This document shows, in pieces, positions 22,933 to 32,726 of a stretch of DNA of 64,000 bases. The stretch lies in the NCBI RefSeq assembly GCF_046119375.1, contig NW_027362773.1, forward strand, positions 228,656,001-228,720,000, given 5' to 3'. Within the stretch, counting starts at the first letter, position 1; every line of letters starts with the position of its first letter. This DNA comes from Phyllobates terribilis (Eukaryota). Under the pieces are notes generated by a model. The model saw only the letters and a list, made by a program, of their open reading frames with translations. It was not told where the DNA came from and did not search any database. The translations under genes and the position numbers were made by a program.

Positions 22933-23993
22933 TGTAGTGCCGGCGTCCCTGCCCTCTGCTAGGCAGGGACGCTGTTCTCCTCACCGCTCTGCTCCGTGCC
23001 CGGCGTCCCTCTCCTGCTCTGCTGGCAGCGCGCGCTCCTTCCCGGCCACTGTGCTTAGGGCGCGCGCGCTCTCCCTCCCTCTTAAAGGGGCCGCGCGCGC
23101 CGTCCTAAGGAGTCCCCGGCCAATGGCCGGAGGACTTTACCATATATAAGGCACCTCCTCCAAAATGGAGGTGCCCGAGCAATGTTGTTTGCACCTGTGT
23201 CTCACCTGTGCTTCAGCCCTCAGGTCCCGTTGCCAGTTACCTGCCAGTTACCTGCCAGATTCCTGCCTGATTACTTGCTACCTGCCTGCTAGTCTGAGGT
23301 CCGACGGTCTGCCTTACTAATCCTGTCAGTCTGTCTAAGGACCAGCCTGCCTGCTCACCTGGGAGCGCACATCAGCTACCTGCCTGCTTGCCTGTGGTCC
23401 GACGGTCTGCCTTCCAACTCCTGTCAGTCTGTCTATGGACAAGCTTGCCCGCTCACCTGGGAGCGCACATCTGCTACCTGCCTGCTAGCCTACCTAGAGG
23501 CTCCGCCGTCACGTGCTGTGACCACCTGCCTGTCCAGTGACTCCTGCCCGCTCACCTGGGAGCGCTCATCTGCTACCAGTCTGCTTGCCTACCCGGAGGC
23601 TCTGCCGTCACGTGCTGTGACCACCCGCCTGTCCAGAGACTTCTGCCCGCTCACCTGGGAGCGCTCATCTGTCGCCTGTCCGCTGGTCTTCCTGGAGGCT
23701 CCGCCGTCACATGCTGTGACCACCCGTTCATCCAGAGACTCTCGCCTGCTCACCTGGGAGCTCACGTCTATCTTCAGCCGCCACAGGTCGTACCAACCCT
23801 ATACCTAGAGACTGCCCCGGTCACTTGCCGTGACCTCCAGCCCGTTCACTCAGAGACTGTCCCGTTCACTCAGAGACTGTCCCGTTCACCTGCTGAGACT
23901 TCCAGCCCGTCTTCCCTGGTCGCCACCCGCTCCCTTACAAGGACCGCCCCCTTGTATAGTAGCTCAGAGGTTCCGCCTCCCAGACCCGTTACA
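22933..23993 (+). repeat. 5' LTR (TATA box at 23143; long repeat-rich U5)
   Basis: TGTAGTG...GTTACA; matches 28207-29267 with about ten substitutions by eye. Confidence 0.97.
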
Positions 23994-23994
23994 G

Positions 23995-24005
23995 ATTGCT
24001 CGGGC
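23995..24005 (+). promoter_or_regulatory. Self-priming primer-binding site (Tf1-type)
   Basis: ATTGCTCGGGC is the exact reverse complement of GCCCGAGCAAT at 23173-23183, 30 nt downstream of TATATAA. Confidence 0.8.
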
Positions 24006-24006
24006 C

Positions 24007-24957
24007 ATGGAACCCGGTGGCACCCAAGCTCCCTCGCTCTCGGACCTGTGTCATGAACTGTCCCGTCAAAGGTCCCAACAGGAGTCCATTCTGGGTCACC
24101 TGCGGAATGTCAATACTCGCCTGGACACTCTGACTGCTCCACCAGCAACCTCCGCCAGTGCCATGTCTCGCAATCCGGCAGCTCCACTGCCCACTAATAC
24201 CATGGTATCTTACCCCGGACCCCGGCTTTCTGCACCTCCTCGCTTCGGAGGCGACTCCGCCCAGGCTCGGGGCTTCATAAATCAGTGCACCCTGCACTTT
24301 GAACTATTATCTCACCAGTTTAACTCCGACCGGGCCAAAATTGCATTCATCATGTCCCATCTCACCGGGGAGGCCCTGGCCTGGCTAAATCCTCTATGGG
24401 AGAGAGGAGACCCCCTGGTATCCAACTTGCCTGCTTTTCTCACGGCTTTCCGGAAAGTCTTCGACGAACCCGGACGGAAGACCTCATCCGCATCATCTCT
24501 GCTACGCCTCCGTCAGGAAAGTCTCACCGTGGGCCAATATGCCATACGGTTCCGTACCCTTGCCTCGGAGCTGGCCTGGGATAACGACGCTCTGGTTTCC
24601 GTCTTCTGGGAGGGTCTGTCCGGCCGTATTAAAGATGAGCTTGCCGGTCGGGACATTCCTACCACTCTCGATGATTTAATAACTCTTGCCACCCGGATTG
24701 ACCTACGGTTCCAGGAGCGTGCCAGAGAGGTCACCCGTGAGAGGAGATTACCACGTCTAGCTCCTACTTTTCAGAAACCCGTCACTCCTTCTGTCTCTTA
24801 CCAGGTACACTCTCCTGAGCCTATGCAGGTCGACCAGACCAAGATGGTCAAGACCCGTCAGGACTTACGCCGTGCCGAGGGGACCTGCTTCTACTGTGGC
24901 AGTAAGGAGCACCGGATCCGTGCCTGCCCGGAGAGGTCGGGAAACGCCTGTGTCTAG
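24007..24957 (+). CDS. gag: Gag (retrotransposon gag domain, CCHC zinc knuckle)
   Basis: ATG just after the PBS; RFGGDSAQARGF, AKIAFIMSHL.GEALAW, LRQ..TVGQYAIRF, EPMQVD, CFYCGSKEHRIRAC. Confidence 0.95.
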   Translation: MEPGGTQAPSLSDLCHELSRQRSQQESILGHLRNVNTRLDTLTAPPATSASAMSRNPAAPLPTNTMVSYPGPRLSAPPRFGGDSAQARGFINQCTLHFELLSHQFNSDRAKIAFIMSHLTGEALAWLNPLWERGDPLVSNLPAFLTAFRKVFDEPGRKTSSASSLLRLRQESLTVGQYAIRFRTLASELAWDNDALVSVFWEGLSGRIKDELAGRDIPTTLDDLITLATRIDLRFQERAREVTRERRLPRLAPTFQKPVTPSVSYQVHSPEPMQVDQTKMVKTRQDLRRAEGTCFYCGSKEHRIRACPERSGNACV

Positions 24958-24999
24958 GTTCGCTCAGAGAGGTCCACCTAGACAAGAATAAATCCTCTC
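24939..24999 (+). promoter_or_regulatory. -1 programmed ribosomal frameshift signal (G GGA AAC plus H-type pseudoknot)
   Basis: Heptamer in the correct gag phase; stem 1 TGTCTAGGT/ACCTAGACA, stem 2 GAGAGG/CCTCTC; the -1 frame is open into pol. Confidence 0.85.
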
Positions 25000-27900
25000 C
25001 ATCCCTGCTGTTGTCAGTTTCAATCATCTACGGGGAGAACCGTTATTTCGAACTAGCCCAACTTGACTCTGGAGCAGCCGGGAATCTTATCTCACAGTCC
25101 CTGGTAGAGAAATACCGCATCCCCACCAAACCTCTGGCTGTACCCTTGTCTGTTGCTGCCGTGGATGGGGGGCTCTTACCACGCCCCATCCAACTCATCA
25201 CCGAATCCATTACTCTGCAGGTGGGAATGCTGCATTCTGAAAGTATCTCCTTCCATGTTCTGCCTGGACTCTCTCACGCCCTACTGCTAGGTCTACCTTG
25301 GCTCCAGAGACATGCACCCGTTCTTGACTGGCAGACCGGAGAAGTCCTTCGCTGGGGACAGGGCTGCCATAAGACCTGTCTGGTTCCCGTCCATCCCGTC
25401 CGTCCTTCTCCTACCCCAGCTAATCTACCTGGACTTCCGATCCCTTATTGGTCGTATGCTGATGTCTTTAATAAAAAGGAAGCAGAGACACTACCCCCTC
25501 ATAGACCATACGACTGCCCTATCGACTTGTTACCTGGTACTTCTCCTCCCCGTGGGCGTATTTATCCATTATCCGCTGCTGAGACCCGCTCGATGTCCGA
25601 ATATATTGAGGAGAATCTGGCCAGGGGATTCATCTGGAAATCTACCTCCCCGGCGGGAGCAGGCTTCTTTTTCGTCAAAAAGAAGGACGGCTCTCTCCGT
25701 CCCTGTATAGACTATAGAGGCCTTAACCAGATCACGGTGAAGAATAAGTACCCCCTTCCGCTCATTCCGGAGTTATTTGATCGTCTGAGGGGGGCTAGAA
25801 TCTTCACCAAACTAGACCTCCGTGGGGCGTACAACCTGGTTCGTATCCGTCAGGGGGATGAATGGAAGACGGCAATCAACACCCGGGACGGCCACTATGA
25901 ATATCTGGTAATGCCCTTTGGCCTCTGTAACGCTCCTGACGTCTTTCAAGAGTTGGTCAATGACATCTTCCGGGACCTTCTCTACTCCTGCGTAGTGGTG
26001 TACCTGGACGACATCTTGGTCTTCTCTCCGGATCTCCAGACTCACCGGAGGGACGTTCGTCAGGTCCTGCTCAGGCTCAGGCAGAACCATCTCTACGCTA
26101 AATATGAGAAGTGCCTCTTTGAGCAGACCTCGCTTCCGTTTCTGGGCTACATTATCTCTCAGACCGGCCTACAAATGGATCCTGAGAAACTGTCTGCCAT
26201 CGAGAAATGGCCCCGACCGGAGGGGTTGAAGGCCATTCAGCGATTCCTGGGCTTCGCCAACTACTACCGCCTCTTCATACCACACTTCTCTTCCCGGACT
26301 GCCCCAATTTCCGCGCTCACCCGTAAGGGTACTAATCCCAAAGAGTGGCCGCCCGAAGCAGAGGAGGCCTTTCTTTCCCTAAAACAGGCCTTCTCTTCCG
26401 CCCCGGTGCTGCATCGCCCGGACGGCAACAAGCAGTTCTTCCTGGAAGTTGACGCCTCCTCCTCTGGAGCCGGAGCGGTACTTACTCAAAAATCATCTTC
26501 CGGGAGAATGGTAACTTGTCGCTTCTTCTCCAAACTCTTCTCCTCTTCTGAGCGCAACTATTCCATAGGAGACCGAGAGTTATTGGCCATCAAGCTGGCG
26601 TTGGAGGAGTGTCATTACCTACTCGAGGGGGCTCTTCATCCGGTAATAATTTACACTGACCACAAGAACTTGGCTTACCTCCAGCATGCCCAGAGACTTA
26701 ACCCGCGCCAAGCCCGGTGGTCCTTGTTTTTTGCTCGCTTTGATTTTGTTCTTCATTTTCGCCCGGCTGACAAAAACGTCAAAGCAGACGCCTTGTCCCG
26801 ATCCTTTCTGGTGTCCGATCTCGAGGAAGAACCTAAACATATCATCGATCCCGCCAGAGTAATGCAGGTGGCTCCCGTGAGTCTAAATCGTCTCCCTCCC
26901 GGTAAGACGTTTGCTTCAGTACCTGATCGGGAGAAGATCCTACACTGGGGCCATTCGTCTAAGCTAGCTGGCCACGCCGGTCAGAAAAAGACCCTCCAGC
27001 TTATTGCCCGGCACTATTGGTGGCCTACCCTGCACAAGGACGTAATAGACTTTGTTTCTGCCTGTGTGTCCTGCGCCCGCAACAAAGTCCCGAGACATCT
27101 GCCAGCCGGACGCCTCCTTCCGCTTCCTGTGCCTGCTGCCTCCTGGCAGCATATTGCTATGGACTTCATAACTGATCTCCTCGTCTCTGTCGGTTGTACG
27201 GTCATTTGGGTGGTCGCTGACCGCTTTTCCAAGATGGCTCACTTTATTCCCCTGCCAGGCCTCCCGTCTGCACCCGAGCTGGCTAAAGACTTTATCCGCC
27301 ATATCTTCCGTCTTCATGGCCTGCCCCTCCACATCGTGTCGGATCGTGGGGTACAGTTCACCTCACGTTTCTGGAGAGCCACTTGTAAACTACTAGACGT
27401 CACCCTGGACTTCTCCTCCGCTTACCACCCACAGTCCAATGGTCAAGTGGAGCGGATCAATCAGAACCTGACCAGTTACCTCCGGCACTTCGTTAATGCC
27501 CACCATTCTGACTGGGTGGATCTCCTACCATGGGCCGAGTTCTCTTATAATAATCACGAGAGCGAATCCTCCTCCAAATCCCCGTTTTTTGTAGTTTTCG
27601 GTCAGCATCCTCGGATTCCTTTTCCTGTCTCCACCTCTGTGGACAACCCGGCTGCGGAATCTCTCGTTAGCAAATTTTCCTCCATATGGGAGAGTACCCG
27701 GTCCGCACTCCTTCTGTCATCCGAGCGTATGAAAAGACACGCTGACAAAAAACGCCTGGATCCTCCACAACTTCGTCCAGGAGATAAGGTCTGGCTCTCA
27801 TCTAAATATGTTCGACTCAAGATACCTTCTTACAAGTTAGGGCCTCGGTTCATCGGTCCTCTGGAGGTCATCAGTCAGATCAACCCGGTGGCCTATAAAT

Positions 27901-28211
27901 TGAAACTCCCGGCCAACTTACGGATCCCTAACTCCTTCCATGTATCTCTCCTCAAACCCGTGGTGCTTAACTCTTTTTCCAAGTCTACAGGTACGCCTCC
28001 TGCTCCGGTTTCCGCTGAGGACGAGTTTGAGGTAGAGAACATTCTTGCTACCAAAAGGGTAAGAGGGAAGACCTTTTTTCTGGTAGATTGGAAGGGGTTT
28101 GGTCCTGAGGAGAGAACGTGGGAGCCCCGGGAGAACATCCATGCCCCTCTCATCCTTGCTAAATTTCTGTCTGGCCTAAAAAAGGGGGGGCCTAAAGGGG
28201 GGGTACTGTAG
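24939..28211 (+). CDS. pol: Pol (aspartic protease, RT, RNase H, integrase, chromodomain), expressed as Gag-Pol by -1 frameshift
   Basis: LDSGA; YLDD; VDASSSGAGAVL; HHCC finger; DDE core with HPQSNGQVER; GPY/F-like LGPRFIGPL; chromodomain EFEVENIL..FLVDWKGFGPEERTWEP. No stops. Confidence 0.97.
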   Translation, partial: GKRLCLGSLREVHLDKNKSSPSLLLSVSIIYGENRYFELAQLDSGAAGNLISQSLVEKYRIPTKPLAVPLSVAAVDGGLLPRPIQLITESITLQVGMLHSESISFHVLPGLSHALLLGLPWLQRHAPVLDWQTGEVLRWGQGCHKTCLVPVHPVRPSPTPANLPGLPIPYWSYADVFNKKEAETLPPHRPYDCPIDLLPGTSPPRGRIYPLSAAETRSMSEYIEENLARGFIWKSTSPAGAGFFFVKKKDGSLRPCIDYRGLNQITVKNKYPLPLIPELFDRLRGARIFTKLDLRGAYNLVRIRQGDEWKTAINTRDGHYEYLVMPFGLCNAPDVFQELVNDIFRDLLYSCVVVYLDDILVFSPDLQTHRRDVRQVLLRLRQNHLYAKYEKCLFEQTSLPFLGYIISQTGLQMDPEKLSAIEKWPRPEGLKAIQRFLGFANYYRLFIPHFSSRTAPISALTRKGTNPKEWPPEAEEAFLSLKQAFSSAPVLHRPDGNKQFFLEVDASSSGAGAVLTQKSSSGRMVTCRFFSKLFSSSERNYSIGDRELLAIKLALEECHYLLEGALHPVIIYTDHKNLAYLQHAQRLNPRQARWSLFFARFDFVLHFRPADKNVKADALSRSFLVSDLEEEPKHIIDPARVMQVAPVSLNRLPPGKTFASVPDREKILHWGHSSKLAGHAGQKKTLQLIARHYWWPTLHKDVIDFVSACVSCARNKVPRHLPAGRLLPLPVPAASWQHIAMDFITDLLVSVGCTVIWVVADRFSKMAHFIPLPGLPSAPELAKDFIRHIFRLHGLPLHIVSDRGVQFTSRFWRATCKLLDVTLDFSSAYHPQSNGQVERINQNLTSYLRHFVNAHHSDWVDLLPWAEFSYNNHESESSSKSPFFVVFGQHPRIPFPVSTSVDNPAAESLVSKFSSIWESTRSALLLSSERMKRHADKKRLDPPQLRPGDKVWLSSKYVRLKIPSYKLGPRFIGPLEVISQINPVAYKLKLPANLRIPNSFHVSLLKPVVLNSFSKSTGTPPAPVSAEDEFEVENILATKRVRGKTFFLVDWKGFGPEERTWEPRENIHAPLILAKFLSGLKKGGPKGGVL

Positions 28212-29267
28212 TGCCGGCGTCCCTGCCCTCTGCTAGGCAGGGACGCTGTTCCCCTCACCGCTCTGCTCCGTGCCCGGCGTCCCTCTCCCGCTCTGCTGGC
28301 AGCGTGCGCTCCTTCCCGGCCACTGGGCTTAGGGCGCGCGCGCTCTCCCTCCCTCTTAAAGGGGCCGCGCGCGCCGTCCTAAGGAGTCCCCGGCCAATGG
28401 CCGGAGGACTTTACCATATATAAGGCACCTCCTCCAAAATGGAGGTGCCCGAGCAATGTTGTTTGCACCTGTGTCTCACCTGTGCTTCAGCCCTCAGGTC
28501 CCGTTGCCAGTTACCTGCCAGTTACCTGCCAGATTCCTGCCTGATTACTTGCTACCTGCCTGCTAGTCTGAGGTCCGACGGTCTGCCTTACTAATCCTGT
28601 CAGTCTGTCTAAGGACCAGCCTGCCTGCTCACCTGGGAGCGCACATCAGCTACCTGCCTGCTTGCCTGTGGTCCGACGGTCTGCCTTCCAACTCCTGTCA
28701 GTCTGTCTATGGACCAGCTTGCCCGCTCACCTGGGAGCGCACATCTGCTACCTGCCTGCTAGCCTACCTGGAGGCTCCGCCGTCACGTGCTGTGACCACC
28801 TGCCTGTCCAGTGACTCCTGCCCAATCACCTGGGAGCGCTCATCTGCTACCAGTCTGCTTGCCTACCCGGAGGCTCTGCCGTCACGTGCTGTGACCACCT
28901 GCCTGTCCAGAGACTTCTGCCCGCTCACCTGGGAGCGCTCATCTGTCGCCTGTCCGCTGGTCTTCCTGGAGGCTCCGCCGTCACATGCTGTGACCACCCG
29001 TTCATCCAGAGACTCTCGCCTGCTCACCTGGGAGCTCACGTCTATCTTCAGCCGCCACAGGTCGTACCAACCCTATACCTAGAGACTGCCCCGGTCACTT
29101 GCCGTGACCTCCAGCCCGTTCACTCAGAGACTGTCCCGTTCACTCAGAGACTGTCCCGTTCACCTGCTGAGACTTCCAGCCCGTCTTCCCTGGTCGCCAC
29201 CCGCTCCCTTACAAGGACCGCCCCCTTGTATAGTAGCTCAGAGGTTCCGCCTCCCAGACCCATTACA
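28207..29267 (+). repeat. 3' LTR
   Basis: Preceded by a polypurine tract (AAA followed by a G run) and TAC; followed by TSD GTCAT. Confidence 0.97.
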
Positions 29268-32200
29268 GTCATCATTGTAAATCCTATACAGACGGTTTGT
29301 CACCCATTTGGAGCTATCGAAGGGTTTAGATAAAAGGTGAATTGGGGAAGAGAAAAGAGAATGCTTTTTGAAGTCAGGAATAATTGTAATTTTAACCATG
29401 TAGAAATTTCTTTGTTAGGTAAAGTATATCTATCCTGGAGGGATTGAAAAGTAATAAGATTATTATCCAGAATTATATCTTGGATTACTGAGATACTCAA
29501 TTTCAGCTTAGTGATTAAAATTTGGATTGGAAGAGAATTAAGCTGCAAATCTTTAAATTTTGACTTTGTTTTTTGAGCAGATTTCTCCAGACGGTGATAA
29601 CTGCCTTGAGGGTCTGAAAATTTGGTAGAGGTTTACTACGGTCTATAAGATAAGCTGTGATAACTAGCTTCAAGTCACTGAAATTTATTTGGGCCTTTTC
29701 CAAGGAGACCCAGGGAATAGGATTATCTTTTAGTAACCAACCACTTGAGAGTTTCAATATCGTTGCTTGATAATAACTAAAAAGATTTGGGAGACCCAAT
29801 CCTTCTCGTCTCTTATGTTTTTCTAAAAGAGTGATTGATATTCGTGGCTTGTTTTTGTTCCAAATAAACATTCTGAGTTCTGTTTGAAATTTATTGAACC
29901 ATTTTCTAGGTATAGGCAATGGGATACATCTAATTACATATAAAAATTTAGGAAGGGCCATCATCTTGTAGGTAATGATTCTCCCCAGCCACGATAGGTC
30001 TATTTTACTCAGACGGAATAATTTGGTTTGGAGGGATTTATGAAGGATCGGCAGGTTGTCATTGACCACAGATGATGGAGATTTTGTCAGAATTATACCC
30101 AAGTACGAAATCTGCTGCGGTTGCCAGTTAAAGTCGAATTGTACCTTCAAGGCAGTGGCCAAGTTGTCTTCTAAGTTGAAAGTCATACACTGAGTTTTTG
30201 AAAAGTTAATTTTATAAAACGAAACATTAGCAAAATTTTTTTATCAGGGAATTTAAACACTGAAGTGACAAAAGGGGGTTTGAGATGGTAAGCAGAATAT
30301 CGTCTGCAAAAAGTGTGACTTTCGAGCATGTTTGTTTAAAGTTTATACCTTCTATAAATTGGTCAGACCTAATTTTTGCAGCTAGGGGTTCAATAAATAG
30401 GGCAAAAAGTATAGGCAAGAGGGGACATCCCTGTCTGGTGCCATTAGATAAAGGAAACTTAACTGAAAGAAAATTATTTGTGTACACCCGGGCCGATGGA
30501 TTTGAATACATAGCCTTAATGCTGTTGAATATCCTGCCTTGAAATCCAAATTTTTCAAGAGTTTTAAACATATAAGACCAGTTCACCCGGTCAAAAGCTT
30601 TCTCCGCATCTAGGGCCAACAATACTGCTGGAGATTTCTTTTTGCTTATAATCGAGATAATATTAAGGGCTCGTCTTGTGGCATCTGATGTTTATCTTCC
30701 CTGAATAAAACCCACCTGGTCTGAGTTAATTAGTTTGTGAACAAAATTTTGAAGTCTTTGAGCCGCTAATTTAGCCAATAATTTGGTGTCACTGTTCAAA
30801 AGAGAAATAGGCCTGTAATTTTTTGTGTCTTTCGGATCACCTTTGGGCTTGGGGATGACGATCACCAAAGCCTCCAGCATCTCAGCAGGCAAGTGGCCCT
30901 CAATCGCGGATGTATTTGCTAATCTAACTAGAGGATCTTCCAACAAGTTTTCAAAGCACTTATAAAACTCATTTTGAAACCCATCTGGGCCAGGTGATTT
31001 CCCATTTTTAAGGTTTTTAATTAGAGAAGAAATTTCTAATTTAGTATATGGGGAATTCAATTCTTCCAGCTCAGACTTAGAAAGGGAAGGGAGGTTTATG
31101 GAATTTAAAAAAGAGTCTATCACTTCACATGAGGGGTTAGAAAAGTTGGGATTATCCTTAAGATTATATAAATTTTTATAAAAATCAGCAAAGATGTCTG
31201 TGATTTTCTTAGGATGTGTAACTAAATGGGCATTTTTATCTATAATTTGACTAATCTTTGTCTTTTGTCTAAAATGTTTAAGTCTTGCCGCAAAGGCTGG
31301 ATGGTTTATCGGTTGATGAGTAATGGTTTGCTCTAATTCTTTGAGTAACTTTGTCGAATTCTTCAGATAAAAGGATTTTGAGTTTCTGCCTCAATGTCAA
31401 TATTTGAGATTGCAAATCTGGGGAAGGGTTATTAAATACATTTTCTTCTAAAGCTACAATTTCTTTAGTGATTTCAACTGTTTTGTCTCTATTGTTTTTC
31501 TTTAATTGGGAATTTAGTTGGATAAGATGACCCCTTAGTACCGCCTTAAAAGCCGTCCAAAGTAAATAAATTGGAGTATTGCCAGAATCATTCTCTCTAA
31601 AGTAATTCTTAATTGATTGTTCTATTGCACATCTGTATTTAGGATGGGTAAATAAGTAACTGTTGTTTCGCCACAGCCTATTCTCTACTAAAACTGGGCC
31701 AATAATTATTTCAGATAAGACAGGGGCATGATCAGACCATAACCCTGGCTCTATCCGCACAGATATGAATTTGGTTAAAGAAAATATGTCTGTCAGGATC
31801 AGGTCAATACGGGAGTATGAGTTATGCCTTCCTGAGTAATGGGTAAACTCTATAGAAGATGTGTTGAGGCATCTAAATACATCATATAGCTCATTCTTAT
31901 TAATCCACTGGTCTAAATTAGAGAGAAACTGTCTTGATCTAGAGGAGGAGTCCATTAAGGCGTTAGGTACCATGTTAAAATCCCCAAACAAAACCAATTT
32001 TCCCCTCTTGGTTTGGTGAATAAGCTTCATTATTTTGTCCAAAAAGGTTATTTGACCACTATTAGGGACATAAACACTAGCTGGGTGAATTCTACACCAT
32101 TTATTTTACATATTAAAATTAGATATCTTCCATCTTCATTGGCTAATATCAGAAGTTTTTCAAAAGTTACTGTGTTTTTTATAAGAATTGCTACACCTCG

Positions 32201-32726
32201 TTTTTTCTTTGGAGTGGAGGCATAGAAGATGTTGGGAAAGTTCTTATTAGTGAATTTGGGCTGGTTGGCTGCTGCGAATTTGGTTTCTTGAAGACCAATA
32301 ATATCTGCTCTAGAGTCTCTTATCTGTTTCCATACTAGATATCGCTTTCTTGGGCTATTCAGTCCATTAACATTATGGGATAAAATCTTAACTGCCATGG
32401 GAGAAGGTGTCAATAGTGATGCTTGTCATTTGAGCACAGTGTTTTAGAAATATGAAAAAAAGGGATGGAGACATTGTAAAGATTCTGAAAACAACTTAAT
32501 GAATCAATAAAAAAAAAAAAAAAAGTACTATCAGTAGTAAACCACGAAAAACTGAATCTAGCCTAAAATAACCTAACTTAACTGCTGAAGATTAGTTCCT
32601 CTAGAGGATCTACTAATCGTAGGAAATAACTCCTCTAGGAAAGGGCTTAAGTTCTGGCCCAAAACCTCAATTCAAATGCATAAAATTAACTTCTCAGGAA
32701 ATATTATTACCAAGTTCTTTTAGAAT

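Larger units (their letters stand above)
22933..29267 (+). mobile_element. Intact Ty3/Gypsy chromovirus of the Tf1/sushi group
   Basis: Two 1061-bp TG...CA LTRs, 5-bp TSD GTCAT, open gag and pol, PPT before the 3' LTR, chromodomain integrase. Confidence 0.98.
22325..32413 (-). pseudogene. ORF2: L1 ORF2 pseudogene (EN, RT, Cys-rich), frameshifted and split by the Gypsy element
   Basis: KILSHNVNGLN, LQET, GDFN, SDH, YRPISLLN, LDAEKAFD, QGCPL, FADD, CWRRCG...HIFWGCP, spread over several short ORFs. Confidence 0.93.

Noticed and set aside
23830-24006. Gag N-terminal extension from the ORF track start at 23830
   Set aside because: Begins at a non-ATG codon inside the LTR; the ATG after the PBS (24007) is the expected start.
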